Assembly (NCBI GenBank): GCA_022791315.1
Contig: JAAVYW010000060.1
Coordinates: forward strand, 12,290 to 76,289
Direction: 5' to 3'
DNA length: 64,000 bases
DNA from: Oscillospiraceae bacterium
GTDB lineage: Bacteria > Bacillota > Clostridia > Oscillospirales > Ruminococcaceae
A program made the translations under genes and the position numbers. A model generated the notes under the pieces. That model was not told where the DNA came from. It worked only from the letters and a program-made list of their open reading frames with translations, and did not search any database. This document shows, in pieces, positions 35,334 through 46,332 of this stretch (position 1 is its first letter; every line of letters starts with the position of its first letter).

Positions 35334-36203
35334 ATGGAGCCCATCATCCACACCGAAAATTTGACCTTCTCCTACCCCGCCGAAGAGGGCAAGGAGGCCC
35401 CTCCCGTCCTGCGGGGGGTGAGCCTGGACATCCCCGCAGGCCAGTTCCTGGCTGTCCTGGGCCACAACGGCTCGGGCAAGTCCACCTTTGCCAAGCACCT
35501 CAACTCCATCCTCCTCCCCATGGGAGGCAAGGCCTATGTAGACGGCATTGACACCTGCGACGAGGAGCGGGTGTACGACATCCGCCAGCGCATTGGCATG
35601 GTATTCCAAAACCCTGACAACCAAATCGTCGCCACTGTCGTGGAGGAGGACGTGGCCTTTGGCTTAGAAAACCTAGGGCTCCCTCCGGCGGAAATCCGCC
35701 GGAGGGTCGATGAATCCCTCAAGGCCGTAGACATGTTCTCCTACCGGGAGCACGCCCCCCACCGCCTCTCCGGCGGCCAAAAGCAGCGGGTTGCCATTGC
35801 GGGCGTCATCGCCATGCGCCCCAAGGTCCTGGTGCTGGACGAGCCCACCGCCATGCTGGACCCCAGGGGCCGCAAGGAGGTGATGGCAACCCTGCAAAGC
35901 CTGAAAAAGGAGTACGGCATCACCATTGTCCTCATCACCCACTACATGGACGAGGCCGCCCAGGCCGACCGGGTAGTGGTGATGGACGACGGCCGCGTTT
36001 TGCTGGACGGCACCCCCTATGAGGTCTTCCAGCAGGTGGAAACCCTCAAATCCGTGGGCCTGGATGTCCCCCAGGCCACCGAGCTCCTCCACCTGCTGCA
36101 AAAAGGTGGCTGCCGCCTCCCCGGCCACGTGCTCCCCGGCCACGTGCTCACCGCCCAGGAGTGCGCCGATACCCTCCTGGCCTATTGGCGCTCCCTCGCC
36201 TGA
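35334..36203 (+). CDS. ecfA1: Energy-coupling factor transporter ATPase EcfA1
   Basis: Walker [10 protein letters not shown], signature LSGGQKQR. First gene of the ecfA-ecfA-ecfT order. Confidence 0.85.
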   Translation: MEPIIHTENLTFSYPAEEGKEAPPVLRGVSLDIPAGQFLAVLGHNGSGKSTFAKHLNSILLPMGGKAYVDGIDTCDEERVYDIRQRIGMVFQNPDNQIVATVVEEDVAFGLENLGLPPAEIRRRVDESLKAVDMFSYREHAPHRLSGGQKQRVAIAGVIAMRPKVLVLDEPTAMLDPRGRKEVMATLQSLKKEYGITIVLITHYMDEAAQADRVVVMDDGRVLLDGTPYEVFQQVETLKSVGLDVPQATELLHLLQKGGCRLPGHVLPGHVLTAQECADTLLAYWRSLA

Positions 36204-36306
36204 TTCCCCAAAAAATCCCTCTTTCCCCCTTGCACATTCCCGCCCCACAGAGTAAAATTGGACTGGCCCTCTGCGGCCCGGTCCCGGACAAATCGCTTGA
36301 AGAAGG

Positions 36307-37185
36307 ATGATTCCATTGCCATACGCCATCGAAACAGAACATCTCACCTATATCTACGGCCAGGGCACGCCCTTTGAGCTGCACGCGGTAGAGGATGTGT
36401 CCCTGCGCATCAACGAGGGCGCCTTTGTGGGTGTCATCGGCCACACCGGCTCGGGCAAATCCACCCTCATCCAGCACTTCAACGGCCTGCTAAAGCCCAC
36501 CTCCGGCCGCATCCTCATCGGCGGCCAGGACATGTGGGCCGAGCCCAAGAAAATCCGCTCCTTCCGCTTCCAGGTGGGCCTGGTATTCCAATACCCGGAA
36601 TACCAGCTCTTTGAGGAGACCGTCTATAAGGACATGGCCTACGGCCCCAAGAACATGGGCCTCAAAGAAGAGGAGATTGACAAGCGGGTGCGCCAGGCGG
36701 CCCAGTTCGTGGGCTTAAAAGAGGAGCTGCTGCAAAAATCCCCCTTTGAGCTCTCCGGCGGCCAAAAGCGCCGGGTTGCCATTGCGGGCGTCATTGCCAT
36801 GAACCCCAAGGTCCTGGTGCTGGATGAGCCCACCGCCGGCCTGGACCCCAAGGGCCGGGACCGCATCCTAGGCCAGCTGAAGGAGTACCACCAAGAGGAG
36901 AAAAACACCATGCTCTTAGTCTCCCACAGCATGGAAGACGTGGCAAAGTACGCCGACGAGGCCCTGGTGATGAACCGCTCCCGCCTCTACTGTCACGACA
37001 CCGTGGAAAACGTCTTTGCCCGTGCCGGGGATATGGAGTCCCTAGGCCTCTCCATCCCCCAGGTGACAAAGGTGTTCTCCCTGCTAAAAGCCCAGGGGAT
37101 GCCGGTAAGCGGCAGCATCTACACCGTGGAGCAGGGGGTCAGGGAACTGGAAAGGCTCTTTGGAAAGGAGGTACACCATGCTTAA
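36307..37185 (+). CDS. ecfA2: Energy-coupling factor transporter ATPase EcfA2
   Basis: Walker A GHTGSGKST, signature LSGGQKRR. Confidence 0.85.
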   Translation: MIPLPYAIETEHLTYIYGQGTPFELHAVEDVSLRINEGAFVGVIGHTGSGKSTLIQHFNGLLKPTSGRILIGGQDMWAEPKKIRSFRFQVGLVFQYPEYQLFEETVYKDMAYGPKNMGLKEEEIDKRVRQAAQFVGLKEELLQKSPFELSGGQKRRVAIAGVIAMNPKVLVLDEPTAGLDPKGRDRILGQLKEYHQEEKNTMLLVSHSMEDVAKYADEALVMNRSRLYCHDTVENVFARAGDMESLGLSIPQVTKVFSLLKAQGMPVSGSIYTVEQGVRELERLFGKEVHHA

Positions 37186-37990
37186 AGACATCACGCTGGG
37201 CCAGTTTTTCCCCGGCTTCTCCCCCGTCCACCGGCTGGACCCCCGCATCAAGCTCATCCTCACCGTCGCCTATGTGGTGATGCTGTTCTTAGCCAATAAC
37301 CTGGTGGGCCTGGCCTTTGGCATCCTCTTTTTCCTGGGCGCCTATTTCCTGGCCCGCATCCCCTTAAAAATGATGCTCAAGGGCCTCAAGCCCGTGCTAC
37401 CCATTATCCTGTTCACCTCTGTCCTCAACATGTTTTTCATCACCGGCGACCCCCTTTTCTCCTGGTGGGTCATCACCATCACCCGCCAAGGGGTCTACAC
37501 AGCGGTGATTATGTCCATCCGCATTGTGTGCCTCATTGCAGGCACCTCCCTCCTCACCTATACCACCTCCCCCATCTCCCTCACCGACGGCCTGGAACGG
37601 CTGATGGGCCCGCTGAAAAAGCTCCGCTTCCCCGTCCACGAGCTGGCTATGATGATGACCATTGCCCTGCGCTTTATCCCCACCCTCATTGAGGAGACGG
37701 ATAAAATCATGAACGCCCAAAAGGCCCGCGGCGCGGATATGGAGACCGGCTCCCTCATCGACCGGGTAAAGGCCCTGGTGCCGGTGCTCATCCCGCTGTT
37801 TATCTCCGCCTTCCGCCGGGCCGACGAGCTGGCCCTTGCCATGGAGTGCCGCTGCTATCGCGGCGGCGAGGGCCGCACCCGCATGAAGCAGCTCCACCTT
37901 GGCTCCCGCGACCTGATTTCCTGCGCCGTCATGGCCCTCTTCCTGGCTGGCGTCATCCTCTGCAATCTGCTTTTGCCCAGCCTGCTGTAA
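37178..37990 (+). CDS. ecfT: Energy-coupling factor transporter transmembrane protein EcfT
   Basis: Start moved to MLKDITLGQ (AAGGAGG SD). Multi-TM protein with the ARG motif region (QKARGAD). Confidence 0.85.
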   Translation: MLKDITLGQFFPGFSPVHRLDPRIKLILTVAYVVMLFLANNLVGLAFGILFFLGAYFLARIPLKMMLKGLKPVLPIILFTSVLNMFFITGDPLFSWWVITITRQGVYTAVIMSIRIVCLIAGTSLLTYTTSPISLTDGLERLMGPLKKLRFPVHELAMMMTIALRFIPTLIEETDKIMNAQKARGADMETGSLIDRVKALVPVLIPLFISAFRRADELALAMECRCYRGGEGRTRMKQLHLGSRDLISCAVMALFLAGVILCNLLLPSLL

Positions 37991-38199
37991 CCCCCCCTTT
38001 TTTCAGCCCCCTCCCCACCGACAAAGGCCAGATTCTCTGGCAAAGGCCGACTCCACCGGCCTTGAAAATTGCCTGTGGCGAGGATGGCCCTGCCCAAATC
38101 CGGCCGCCGGCTCCCGTGTCTTTGCGGGCCGCTTTGCAGGCGCGCCCGCCCCGAAGCCTCAAGCCCTCCCGGCTCGTTTTATGAAAGGCGGTGAATCCC

Positions 38200-38934
38200 A
38201 TGCGCAACCTCAAGCTCACCCTCAGCTTCCTCGGCACGGCCTATCACGGCTATCAGGTGCAGCAAAACGCCGTCACCGTGGCGGGCACGCTGCAAAGCGC
38301 CATTACCGCCGTCACCGGGGAGCGGGTGGAACTCAAGGGCTGTTCCCGCACCGATTCCGGCGTCCACGCCAGGGCCTATGTGTGCAGCTTCCGCACCGCC
38401 TCTCCCATCCCCTGCCAAAAGCTCCCCCTGGCCCTAAATAGCCATCTCCCCCCCGACATCGGCGTCCTCTCCTGTGAGGAGGCCCCGCCTGATTTTCACG
38501 CCCGCTATAGCGCCAAGGGCAAGGAATACCAGTACGACATCTACAATTCCCCCCTGCGCAACCCCTTTTATGAGGAGACCGCCTGGCGCTTCGCCCCCCG
38601 TCTGGACGAGGGCAAGCTGAACGCCTGGGCCGGGGAATTCCTGGGCCGCCAGGATTTTTCCGCCTTCCGGGCCGCAGGCGGTGCGGACATCGACCCGGTG
38701 CGCACCCTCACCCGCTTCACCGTCACCCGCCGGGAAAGCCTGGTGCGCTTCCAGGTGGAGGGGGACGGCTTCCTCTACCACATGGTGCGCATCCTGGTGG
38801 GCACGCTGCTGGATCTTCACCAGCACAAGCTCCCCGACGAGAGCCCCCGCCCCATCCTCCTCTCCCGCAACCGTGCCCGCGCCGGCTTCACTGCCCCCGC
38901 CAAGGGCCTTACCCTCAACCGGGTCTTCTATTGA
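38200..38934 (+). CDS. truA: tRNA pseudouridine(38-40) synthase TruA
   Basis: MRNLKLTLSFLGTAYHGYQ, catalytic RTDSGVHA. Confidence 0.85.
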   Translation: MRNLKLTLSFLGTAYHGYQVQQNAVTVAGTLQSAITAVTGERVELKGCSRTDSGVHARAYVCSFRTASPIPCQKLPLALNSHLPPDIGVLSCEEAPPDFHARYSAKGKEYQYDIYNSPLRNPFYEETAWRFAPRLDEGKLNAWAGEFLGRQDFSAFRAAGGADIDPVRTLTRFTVTRRESLVRFQVEGDGFLYHMVRILVGTLLDLHQHKLPDESPRPILLSRNRARAGFTAPAKGLTLNRVFY

Positions 38935-38972
38935 CCTCCACCCCAAGAGAAAGGAAGGTGAACCCCCCACCC

Positions 38973-40595
38973 ATGGCAAAGGTGACAAACCTCAACGACT
39001 ACCGCCGGCAGCGGGAAAAGCAGCGCCGGGCCGAGGAGCGGAAAAAGGGTATCCGCCGTTTTTTCGCCACCATGACAGGCCGCCTGTTCCTGGTAATCCT
39101 CCTGGCCGTGGGGGCCTTCCTCTTCTTCCAATACGCCGACCAGGCCGAGATTCAAACCTATATCAGCGAGAACATCACCGGGTCAAACCGGGGGCTTGGC
39201 TTCCCTGTCACCCTTAGCTCCAAAAACGCCAAGGGCCTGGAAACCCTCTCCGGCGCCCCCCTGGCCCTCACTGAGACCAACCTCCAGGCCTATAGCACCA
39301 GCGGCCGCCTTTTGCGGGATACCCAGCACGGCTATAAGTCCCCCACCCTCAAAGTGCGGGGGAAATACTATGTACTCTACGACCGGGGCTCTGTGGGCTT
39401 CCAAATGGGCACCCGCAGCAGTGTCTCCTTTGAGAAAAAGAGCACCGAGACCATCCTGTCCGGGGCCGTCTCCTCCGGCGGCAAGGTGGGCATTGCCACC
39501 GCCCGGGACAGTTTCGGCAGCAGCCTCACCGTCTACGGCCGGGGCGGCGAGGTGGCCTTCGGCTGGTACACCACCGAGGGCTATATCACCTGCCTGGATT
39601 TGGACGAGAGCCGCGGCCTGGTGGGCACCATCTCCACCGATGCCCAGGGCGCCTATCAGTCCACCATCTACTATTTCAATTTCCGCTCCTCCGACCCCAT
39701 CTTCAAGCTGGACCTCCCCGGCGAAATGGTCTATAGCTGCGTCCTCTCCGGCAATTCCCTGGAGGTTGTCACCGGCCAGAATTACTACCGCTTCTCCCGG
39801 GAGGGCCAGGTGGAGCAGCAGTTCCCCTACGGGGGCATGAAGCTGGTCTCCTTCGCCATGGGCGAGAGTTGTACCGCCCTGGTGCTGGCCGATTCCCTGG
39901 GGGATTACCGCCAGGAGCTCTGCGTCTTCCGCTCCCCCGAGGAGCCCACCCGCTCGGCCTATGAGGTGCGCCAGGTCTCAAAGCTCAAGGTCAGCGGCGA
40001 CCGGGTGCTGCTGATGGAGGGGGGCATGGTCCTGGCCCTGGACGGCAACACCGGCGAGCTTCTCAGCTCCGTCGCCATCGACGAAAGCGACCGGGATATG
40101 GCCCTCCACGGCAACAGCCTCTATATCCTCTCCTCCTCTTCCATTTCCCAGCACGACCTGGGCGAGCGGGTGGAGGAGTCCTACGGCAGCCAAAAGCCCG
40201 ATCGCAAAACCGGCAATTTCTGGGATGATACCGTGAACTTCTTCCGCTCCCTCTTCTTCGTGGAGGAAAAGCCCGCCAATCCCCAGAAGGACCAATCCAA
40301 AGACCCCGTCGAGCCCAGTACCCCCACCCTCCAACAGCCCACCACCCCAGAGAATACAACCCCAGGCCCCGATTCTCCGGCAGACGGCGCCCCTCCAGAA
40401 GAGGATACACCGCCTGAAAACACCCCGGAGGATTCTACGGAGGGCTCCGCGCCGGAGGATCCCCCGCCCGCCTCCTCCGACGACGCCCCCATCCCCCCGC
40501 TGGAATCCTCCCCCCAGGAGGAGCCCTCAGACGATGCGCCCACCGAAGAACCCCTTGACGAGCCCATCGACGAGCCCCTGGAAGAACCCCTCTAA
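38973..40595 (+). CDS. DUF5711-like membrane-anchored protein with acidic Pro-rich tail
   Basis: Start moved to MAKVTNLNDYRR. Basic N-terminus, one TM segment, a long beta-rich domain, and a P/E/D low-complexity C-terminus. Confidence 0.55.
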   Translation: MAKVTNLNDYRRQREKQRRAEERKKGIRRFFATMTGRLFLVILLAVGAFLFFQYADQAEIQTYISENITGSNRGLGFPVTLSSKNAKGLETLSGAPLALTETNLQAYSTSGRLLRDTQHGYKSPTLKVRGKYYVLYDRGSVGFQMGTRSSVSFEKKSTETILSGAVSSGGKVGIATARDSFGSSLTVYGRGGEVAFGWYTTEGYITCLDLDESRGLVGTISTDAQGAYQSTIYYFNFRSSDPIFKLDLPGEMVYSCVLSGNSLEVVTGQNYYRFSREGQVEQQFPYGGMKLVSFAMGESCTALVLADSLGDYRQELCVFRSPEEPTRSAYEVRQVSKLKVSGDRVLLMEGGMVLALDGNTGELLSSVAIDESDRDMALHGNSLYILSSSSISQHDLGERVEESYGSQKPDRKTGNFWDDTVNFFRSLFFVEEKPANPQKDQSKDPVEPSTPTLQQPTTPENTTPGPDSPADGAPPEEDTPPENTPEDSTEGSAPEDPPPASSDDAPIPPLESSPQEEPSDDAPTEEPLDEPIDEPLEEPL

Positions 40596-40717
40596 CCCCC
40601 CTTCGCGGGGATTCGACCCGGAACCTGTGCTATCATCGAAAGTGCGCGCAGGCGGGGAGAGGCCTGCCTATTGGAGCCTATCCATCCCCGCAGCCTGTTT
40701 ACATTTTGGAGGTGCCT

Positions 40718-41431
40718 ATGAAGTACATACCCTGGATTTTGGATTTGATTTGTGTCGCGGTGCTGGCTGTCAACATCCTCTCCTATTACCGCAAGGGCTT
40801 TGTCAAAGTAATCGTGTCCTTTGTGGGGTTTGTGGCGGCGCTGGTGTGCGGCGTCATCGCCTCCCGCTTCCTGGCCGAGCTGGTGTTCCACCGTTTTATC
40901 CGGGAGCACCTGATGGACGCCCTGATGAACTACCACCTGGAGAGCGATGTCACCAAGTCCCTGGCGGAAAACCTCACCCATTCCCTCCAAAGCCTGCCCG
41001 ATTGGGTGTCCGGCCTCCTCTCCCTGTTCTCCATTGACTTGAACCAGGCTGTGGAGCTCATCGACGGCCTAGTCAACCCCGACACCGCCGCCATCGCCCA
41101 GACGCTGACGGAAAACCTCCTCCAGCCCGTGTTCCTCTCCTTCCTGGGTATGGTGTTCTTCCTCTTTGTGTTTGTCATCCTGCTCTTTGTCTTCCGCCGC
41201 CTGGCCGACCTGGCGGGCGGCCTCACCGGCCATATCCCCCTGGTAAGCGGGCTCAACCAAATCCTGGGCGGCGCGCTGGGGGGCCTCAGCGGGCTGCTGT
41301 GGGTGTTCCTGCTCGCCATCTTCGCCTCCCTCTTTCTCCTCATCACCGCCGACAGCGTCTCCTGGCTCAACCGCGGCCTCATCGAGCAGAGCAAGCTCTT
41401 CTCCCTGGCCTTCCACCAAGTGCCGTTTTAA
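40718..41431 (+). CDS. CvpA family membrane protein
   Basis: Start moved to MKYIPWILD (GGAGG SD). Four to five TM segments of the CvpA type. Confidence 0.65.
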   Translation: MKYIPWILDLICVAVLAVNILSYYRKGFVKVIVSFVGFVAALVCGVIASRFLAELVFHRFIREHLMDALMNYHLESDVTKSLAENLTHSLQSLPDWVSGLLSLFSIDLNQAVELIDGLVNPDTAAIAQTLTENLLQPVFLSFLGMVFFLFVFVILLFVFRRLADLAGGLTGHIPLVSGLNQILGGALGGLSGLLWVFLLAIFASLFLLITADSVSWLNRGLIEQSKLFSLAFHQVPF

Positions 41432-41558
41432 GTTCAGGTGTTCATAAAATATTGAAGAACCGTTCACAGGCAGTTTTTCTCTTTCCCCTATTGTTAATTT
41501 AGCGTATCCCTGTCTGCCTAAAAACACACACTTTAAAAAAGAAAGTTTGGTATAAATT

Positions 41559-43892
41559 ATGAGTGCCATGTATTGTACGCGATGCAAAAAGAGATTGGCC
41601 GTGGTGTTCACCTCCCGGCTGGAAAACGGTAAAATGGTCAACGAGGGCCTTTGCCTGCGCTGCGCCAAGGAGATGGGCCTCCAGCCGGTGGACCAGATTA
41701 TGGAAAAACTGGGCCTGGGAGACGAAGAGCTGGACGAGCTGGACCAATACAACGACCAGCTGATGGAACTGCTGGAGTCAAACGACCACGGGGAGGATTT
41801 CCAGCCCGGCGGCTCCCACACCGTGCCGCCCATCTTTTCCGGCATCGCAGGGCTGATGAAATTGCAGGAGGACTCCTCCGGCCTGCCGGAAAAACCCTCC
41901 TCCCAAAAGGAGCCGGGCAGCGAGCGCAAGCGCCGCCTGAAAAAGCCCCCGGAGGAAGACCCCGACCGCAAGATGCTGGGCGCCTATTGCACCAACCTCA
42001 CCGCCCGGGCCGCCGAAGGCAAGCTGGACAACATCATTGGCCGGGATAAGGAGATTTACCGCACCATCCAAATCCTCTCCCGCCGCACCAAGAACAACCC
42101 CTGCCTCATCGGCGAACCCGGCGTGGGCAAAACCGCCATCGCCGAGGGCCTTGCCCAGCGCATCTCCAAGGGGGAGGTGCCCTATAAGCTCTTGGACAAG
42201 GAGATTTACCTCCTGGACTTAACCGCCCTGGTGGCAGGCACCCAGTTCCGCGGCCAGTTTGAGAGCCGGGTCAAGGGCCTGATTGCCGAGGTAAAAAAGG
42301 CGGGCAACGTCATCCTCTTCATTGACGAGGTACACAACCTGGTGGGCGCAGGGGACGCCGAGGGCTCTATGAATGTGGCAAACATCCTCAAGCCCTCCCT
42401 CTCCCGGGGGGAAATCCAGGTCATTGGCGCCACCACCTTTAACGAGTACCGCAAACACATCGAAAAAGATGCCGCGCTGGAGCGCCGTTTCCAGCCCGTA
42501 ACCATCAACGAGCCCAGCATAGAAGACACGGTCCAGGTGCTTCTGGGTATCCGCCATTACTACGAGGCCTATCACGAGGTGCGCCTGCCGGATACTGTCA
42601 TCCGTGCCGCCGCCACCCTCTCCGAGCGGTATATCACCGACCGTTTCCTCCCCGATAAGGCCATTGACCTCATCGACGAAGCCGCCGCCGCCCGCGCCTT
42701 AGAGAGCCCTGCCCATTCCCGGTGTTCCAAGCTGCGGGGCGAGCTCCATATCACCACCCGCGCCCTGGAATTGGCGGAGCAGGACATCGCCTATGTGGAC
42801 TATGAGCAGGTGGCAAAGCTGCGCGCCCAGGAAATCGTCCTGCGGGAGCAGCTCAAGGAGGCCGAGGCCCAGGCCTCGGACATTCAGGTGACAGAGGACG
42901 ATTTGGCCAAAGTCATCGAGCTGTGGACCGGTATCCCCGTCTCCAAAATCCGGGAGAGCGATCTGCAAAAGGTAGCCAACCTGGAAGGCACCCTGCGCAA
43001 GCGCATTGTGGGCCAGGACGAAGCCGTGGAGCTGGTGTCCGCTGCCATCCGCCGCAGCCGGGTGCAGGTGAGCGCCCGCAAGCGCCCCGCCTCCTTTATC
43101 TTTGTGGGCCCCACCGGCGTGGGGAAAACCGAGCTGGTAAAGGCCCTCTCCACCGAGCTCTTTGACAGCGTGGAGCCTCTCATCCGCTTGGACATGTCCG
43201 AGTTCATGGAAAAGCACTCGGTATCCCGCATTGTGGGTTCCCCTCCCGGCTATGTGGGCTATGACGAAGCGGGCCAGCTGACAGAGAAAGTCCGCCGCCG
43301 CCCCTATTCCGTGGTGCTCTTTGACGAAATCGAAAAGGCCCACCCCGACGTGATGAACATCCTCCTCCAAATCCTGGACGAGGGCAAAATCACCGACGCC
43401 CATGGCCGCACCGTGAATTTCCAAAACACCGTGGTGGTGATGACCTCCAATGCCGGCTCCCAGTTCAAGGACACCGGCGTGGGCTTTGCTCGGGACCAGG
43501 CCGCCTCCACTGCCGACCGGGCCCGCAAGGCCCTGTCGGAATTCCTCCGCCCGGAATTCCTCGCCCGGGTAGACGAGGTCGTGGTCTTCCGTCCCCTCGC
43601 CAAGGAGGATTACCAGCGCATCGCCGGCCTCCTCTTGGACGACCTGAAATCCCCCCTGGCCGAAAAGGGTATCACCTTCACCTATGACGAAGCCGCCCTG
43701 GCCTGCATCGCCGAAGAGGCCTTTGGCAAAGAGAGCGGCGCCCGCGACCTCATCCGCGTCATCCGCAAAGAGGTGGAAGACCCTGTGGCTCGCATCCTGG
43801 TAGAGCAAAACCAGTGCCCCCCCGCCCTGCTCCATCTGGGCTGCCTGGACGGCCATCTCCTGGTCAGCTGCCCTGTGGGCGTGATGGTATAA
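41559..43892 (+). CDS. ClpC/ClpA-class double-AAA+ unfoldase with N-terminal CxxC..CxxC zinc-ribbon instead of a Clp_N domain
   Basis: Two Walker A motifs ([16 protein letters not shown]), a UVR-like [12 protein letters not shown] segment, a VGF ClpP-loop tripeptide, and an N-terminus CTRCKK...CLRCAKE. Confidence 0.8.
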   Translation: MSAMYCTRCKKRLAVVFTSRLENGKMVNEGLCLRCAKEMGLQPVDQIMEKLGLGDEELDELDQYNDQLMELLESNDHGEDFQPGGSHTVPPIFSGIAGLMKLQEDSSGLPEKPSSQKEPGSERKRRLKKPPEEDPDRKMLGAYCTNLTARAAEGKLDNIIGRDKEIYRTIQILSRRTKNNPCLIGEPGVGKTAIAEGLAQRISKGEVPYKLLDKEIYLLDLTALVAGTQFRGQFESRVKGLIAEVKKAGNVILFIDEVHNLVGAGDAEGSMNVANILKPSLSRGEIQVIGATTFNEYRKHIEKDAALERRFQPVTINEPSIEDTVQVLLGIRHYYEAYHEVRLPDTVIRAAATLSERYITDRFLPDKAIDLIDEAAAARALESPAHSRCSKLRGELHITTRALELAEQDIAYVDYEQVAKLRAQEIVLREQLKEAEAQASDIQVTEDDLAKVIELWTGIPVSKIRESDLQKVANLEGTLRKRIVGQDEAVELVSAAIRRSRVQVSARKRPASFIFVGPTGVGKTELVKALSTELFDSVEPLIRLDMSEFMEKHSVSRIVGSPPGYVGYDEAGQLTEKVRRRPYSVVLFDEIEKAHPDVMNILLQILDEGKITDAHGRTVNFQNTVVVMTSNAGSQFKDTGVGFARDQAASTADRARKALSEFLRPEFLARVDEVVVFRPLAKEDYQRIAGLLLDDLKSPLAEKGITFTYDEAALACIAEEAFGKESGARDLIRVIRKEVEDPVARILVEQNQCPPALLHLGCLDGHLLVSCPVGVMV

Positions 43893-43924
43893 TACGAAAG
43901 GCATTGGCCCCTTTGGCGGCCTGC

Positions 43925-43968
43925 CAGCATCCGCTGGGAAATTCCTGTTTCCGGCGGATGCTGTTTAT
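43925..43968 (+). terminator. Intrinsic terminator after the Clp ATPase gene
   Basis: CAGCATCCGCTGG-loop-CCGGCGGATGCTG followed by TTTAT. Confidence 0.6.
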
Positions 43969-43994
43969 CATGGGCTAAACGGAAATTGGAAGCT

Positions 43995-44423
43995 ATGCAG
44001 AGGGCTAGTATGCTTGATACGATACCAGGCAAAGAGGAGCTGGCAGCTTTCGTCGGGGATTCTCTCTATGATGTATGGAACCGGCTCTGTGCCTTAGTTG
44101 ACGAAACATATGATATGGACTGTCTGTGGGGGAAAGGCGGTAAAGCCTGGACCTATGAATATAAATACCGCCGGGGTGGCAAAACACTGTGCGCCTTATA
44201 TGCAAGAGAGAACTGCGTGGGTTTCCTGGTTATCTTAGGGAAAGCCGAACGGTTAAAATTTGAGGCAGATAGGGAGCATTACACGAAAGAAGTACAAGAA
44301 CGATACGACGAAGCGCAAACCTACCATGACGGGAAATGGATGATGTTTCAGCCAGTGGATACCTCACTGTTCCCCGATTTCATCAGGCTGTTGGGCATCA
44401 AAAGAAGGCCAAACAGAAAATAA
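43995..44423 (+). CDS. DUF3788 domain-containing protein
   Basis: About 142 aa. The KAWTYEYKYRRGGKTLCALY core is typical of DUF3788. Lower GC than neighbours. A TTG at 43986 is an alternative start. Confidence 0.6.
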   Translation: MQRASMLDTIPGKEELAAFVGDSLYDVWNRLCALVDETYDMDCLWGKGGKAWTYEYKYRRGGKTLCALYARENCVGFLVILGKAERLKFEADREHYTKEVQERYDEAQTYHDGKWMMFQPVDTSLFPDFIRLLGIKRRPNRK

Positions 44424-44605
44424 ACCTGTTTCACAGGCACCTTCTCCGAAAGTGTCCTAGTGAGTTGCACAACATAAAAGGGCAAGGCAAACCACCATGG
44501 TCTGTCTTGCCCTTTTCTTCTTCCCAGCGCGCACCCCTACACTTTCCTAAGGCAAAGCGGCCCTGCCTTCCAATATGGAAACCCCGCCCATAGGGAGCGC
44601 CCCCA

Positions 44606-44648
44606 TAAAAAGAAGAGCCCCGCGCCGTCTTTCCCAGCGCGGGGCTCT
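44606..44648 (-). terminator. Intrinsic terminator after htrA
   Basis: On the minus strand, GAGCCCCGCGC-loop-GCGCGGGGCTC followed by TTCTTTTT. Confidence 0.65.
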
Positions 44649-44661
44649 CCCCATCGAATCC

Positions 44662-46212
44662 CTATGCCCCCCGGTCCTCCACCAGCGGCACCGTGACTTC
44701 AAAATACTTTTCAATCCCGTTCTGCTGCCGGCGGTAGAGCCGTACCTTCACCTGGTCCCCAGGGTCAAATTCCTTTAGCAGCCCTGCCAATACCTCCGTG
44801 TCGGCCACTGCGGTCCCGTTCACCTCCACAATCACATCGCCCACAGCCACATTGCTGCCCACAAAACTGCTGTCCTCATCGATTCCCACCAGCATAATCC
44901 CGGTGGGGATGTTGTTATACTTCGCCAGCGTCTCGTCGATGGGCACCACCTGCACCCCCAGCTTCACCCGTCCGGTGACATAGCCGTATTGGATAAGCTC
45001 ATCAATGATGGGCTTGGCCTCCGAGATGGGGATGGCAAAGCCAATGCCCTCATAATCGGTCTCGGCAATCTTAGCGGAGTTGATGCCCACCACCTGTCCA
45101 AATTCATTCACCAGCGCGCCGCCGGAGTTGCCGGGGTTGATGGCCGCGTCGGTCTGGATGCTATTGATGGTGTAGCTGTCCCCCTTTAGCTGCCGGTTGA
45201 TGGCGGAGACAATCCCCTTTGTCATGGAATTTGCCAGGCTCAACCCATAGGGGTTGCCAAAGACATAAACCGTCTCCCCCTGCTTTAATTCCGAGGAATC
45301 CCCGAATTCCGCATAGGTGAGGTTAGAGGCGTTAATTTTAATCACCGCCAGGTCGGTCTTGCTGTCCGAACCCACGATTTCCGCCTCATATTCGTCCTCG
45401 TTGTCCAAAATCACCTTCACCCCATAGGCCCCTTCAATTACATGGGCATTGGTGATGATATACCCATCCTCCGACATGATAATGCCGGACCCCAGCCCCG
45501 AGGCCTGGAAGGGCAGCGCGCTGTTCCCGGAGGAACCAAACCCGTTTGTGGGCGCATAGGTCACAATCCCCACAATGCTGGGCCGCACCTTTTCTGCAAT
45601 CTCCACTGCGCTCAGTTCCCCTGTGGCGCTGGGCTCTGCCAGCGGCTTGCTGGAAGCGGGCTTGTTGTGCAAAATCAGCTGGGCGTTGTTCTCCGGCTCA
45701 CTGGGAATCCCTTCCCCCTCCCCGCCCAAACTGTCCAGGGGGCCGCTGTCCTGGATTTCGCCTCCCATCGCCATGGAGTACACGCCATACCCCGCAAACC
45801 CTATGACCCCCAGGGCGAAAATCCCGCACATCAGCGCGGCAAACACCTTGAGCCCCCGGTTTTTCTTTTTGGGCTTGCTGGCAGCGCCGTCTCCCGGCAC
45901 GCTGTATTCCTCAAAGTCCCAGCGGTACTCCTCCCCCTTTTTGGCGTCGGCCGGCTGCGCCGGTTTTTTATAGCCATAGCTTGGGGTGCTGTCCTGGGGA
46001 TACTGCCCATACTGGTTCTGGTTGTAGGAATAGCCTCCATAGGGTGCCTGGTATCCGGGGTCCTGCCCGTAACTGTAGCCGCCGTTTTGGGGTGTCCCCT
46101 CCGGGGGTGCTGCCCCCTGCTGGGGGGGATAGCCCCCCTCCGGGCTGTTCAGGTTGTCCTGCCGCTCCGGCCCCTCCTGCTGTCCTTCAAACTGACGGTA
46201 ATCACTCATCAC
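44662..46212 (-). CDS. htrA: HtrA/DegP-family serine protease with PDZ domain
   Basis: Q/Y/P-rich cytoplasmic N-terminus, TM segment, trypsin-like domain (catalytic-Ser motif GNSGGAL), and a C-terminal PDZ domain. Confidence 0.8.
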   Translation of the reverse strand: MMSDYRQFEGQQEGPERQDNLNSPEGGYPPQQGAAPPEGTPQNGGYSYGQDPGYQAPYGGYSYNQNQYGQYPQDSTPSYGYKKPAQPADAKKGEEYRWDFEEYSVPGDGAASKPKKKNRGLKVFAALMCGIFALGVIGFAGYGVYSMAMGGEIQDSGPLDSLGGEGEGIPSEPENNAQLILHNKPASSKPLAEPSATGELSAVEIAEKVRPSIVGIVTYAPTNGFGSSGNSALPFQASGLGSGIIMSEDGYIITNAHVIEGAYGVKVILDNEDEYEAEIVGSDSKTDLAVIKINASNLTYAEFGDSSELKQGETVYVFGNPYGLSLANSMTKGIVSAINRQLKGDSYTINSIQTDAAINPGNSGGALVNEFGQVVGINSAKIAETDYEGIGFAIPISEAKPIIDELIQYGYVTGRVKLGVQVVPIDETLAKYNNIPTGIMLVGIDEDSSFVGSNVAVGDVIVEVNGTAVADTEVLAGLLKEFDPGDQVKVRLYRRQQNGIEKYFEVTVPLVEDRGA

Positions 46213-46332
46213 AATTAACCTCCCTGCCGCCTATTCTCTCGGTTCCGGCCTCAGCCGCCGGCCCCGTCTTTTCCTTACAATACAGAGTATAGGCTGCAAA
46301 TATTAACTCCCATTGAACTGGCTATAAACCTT

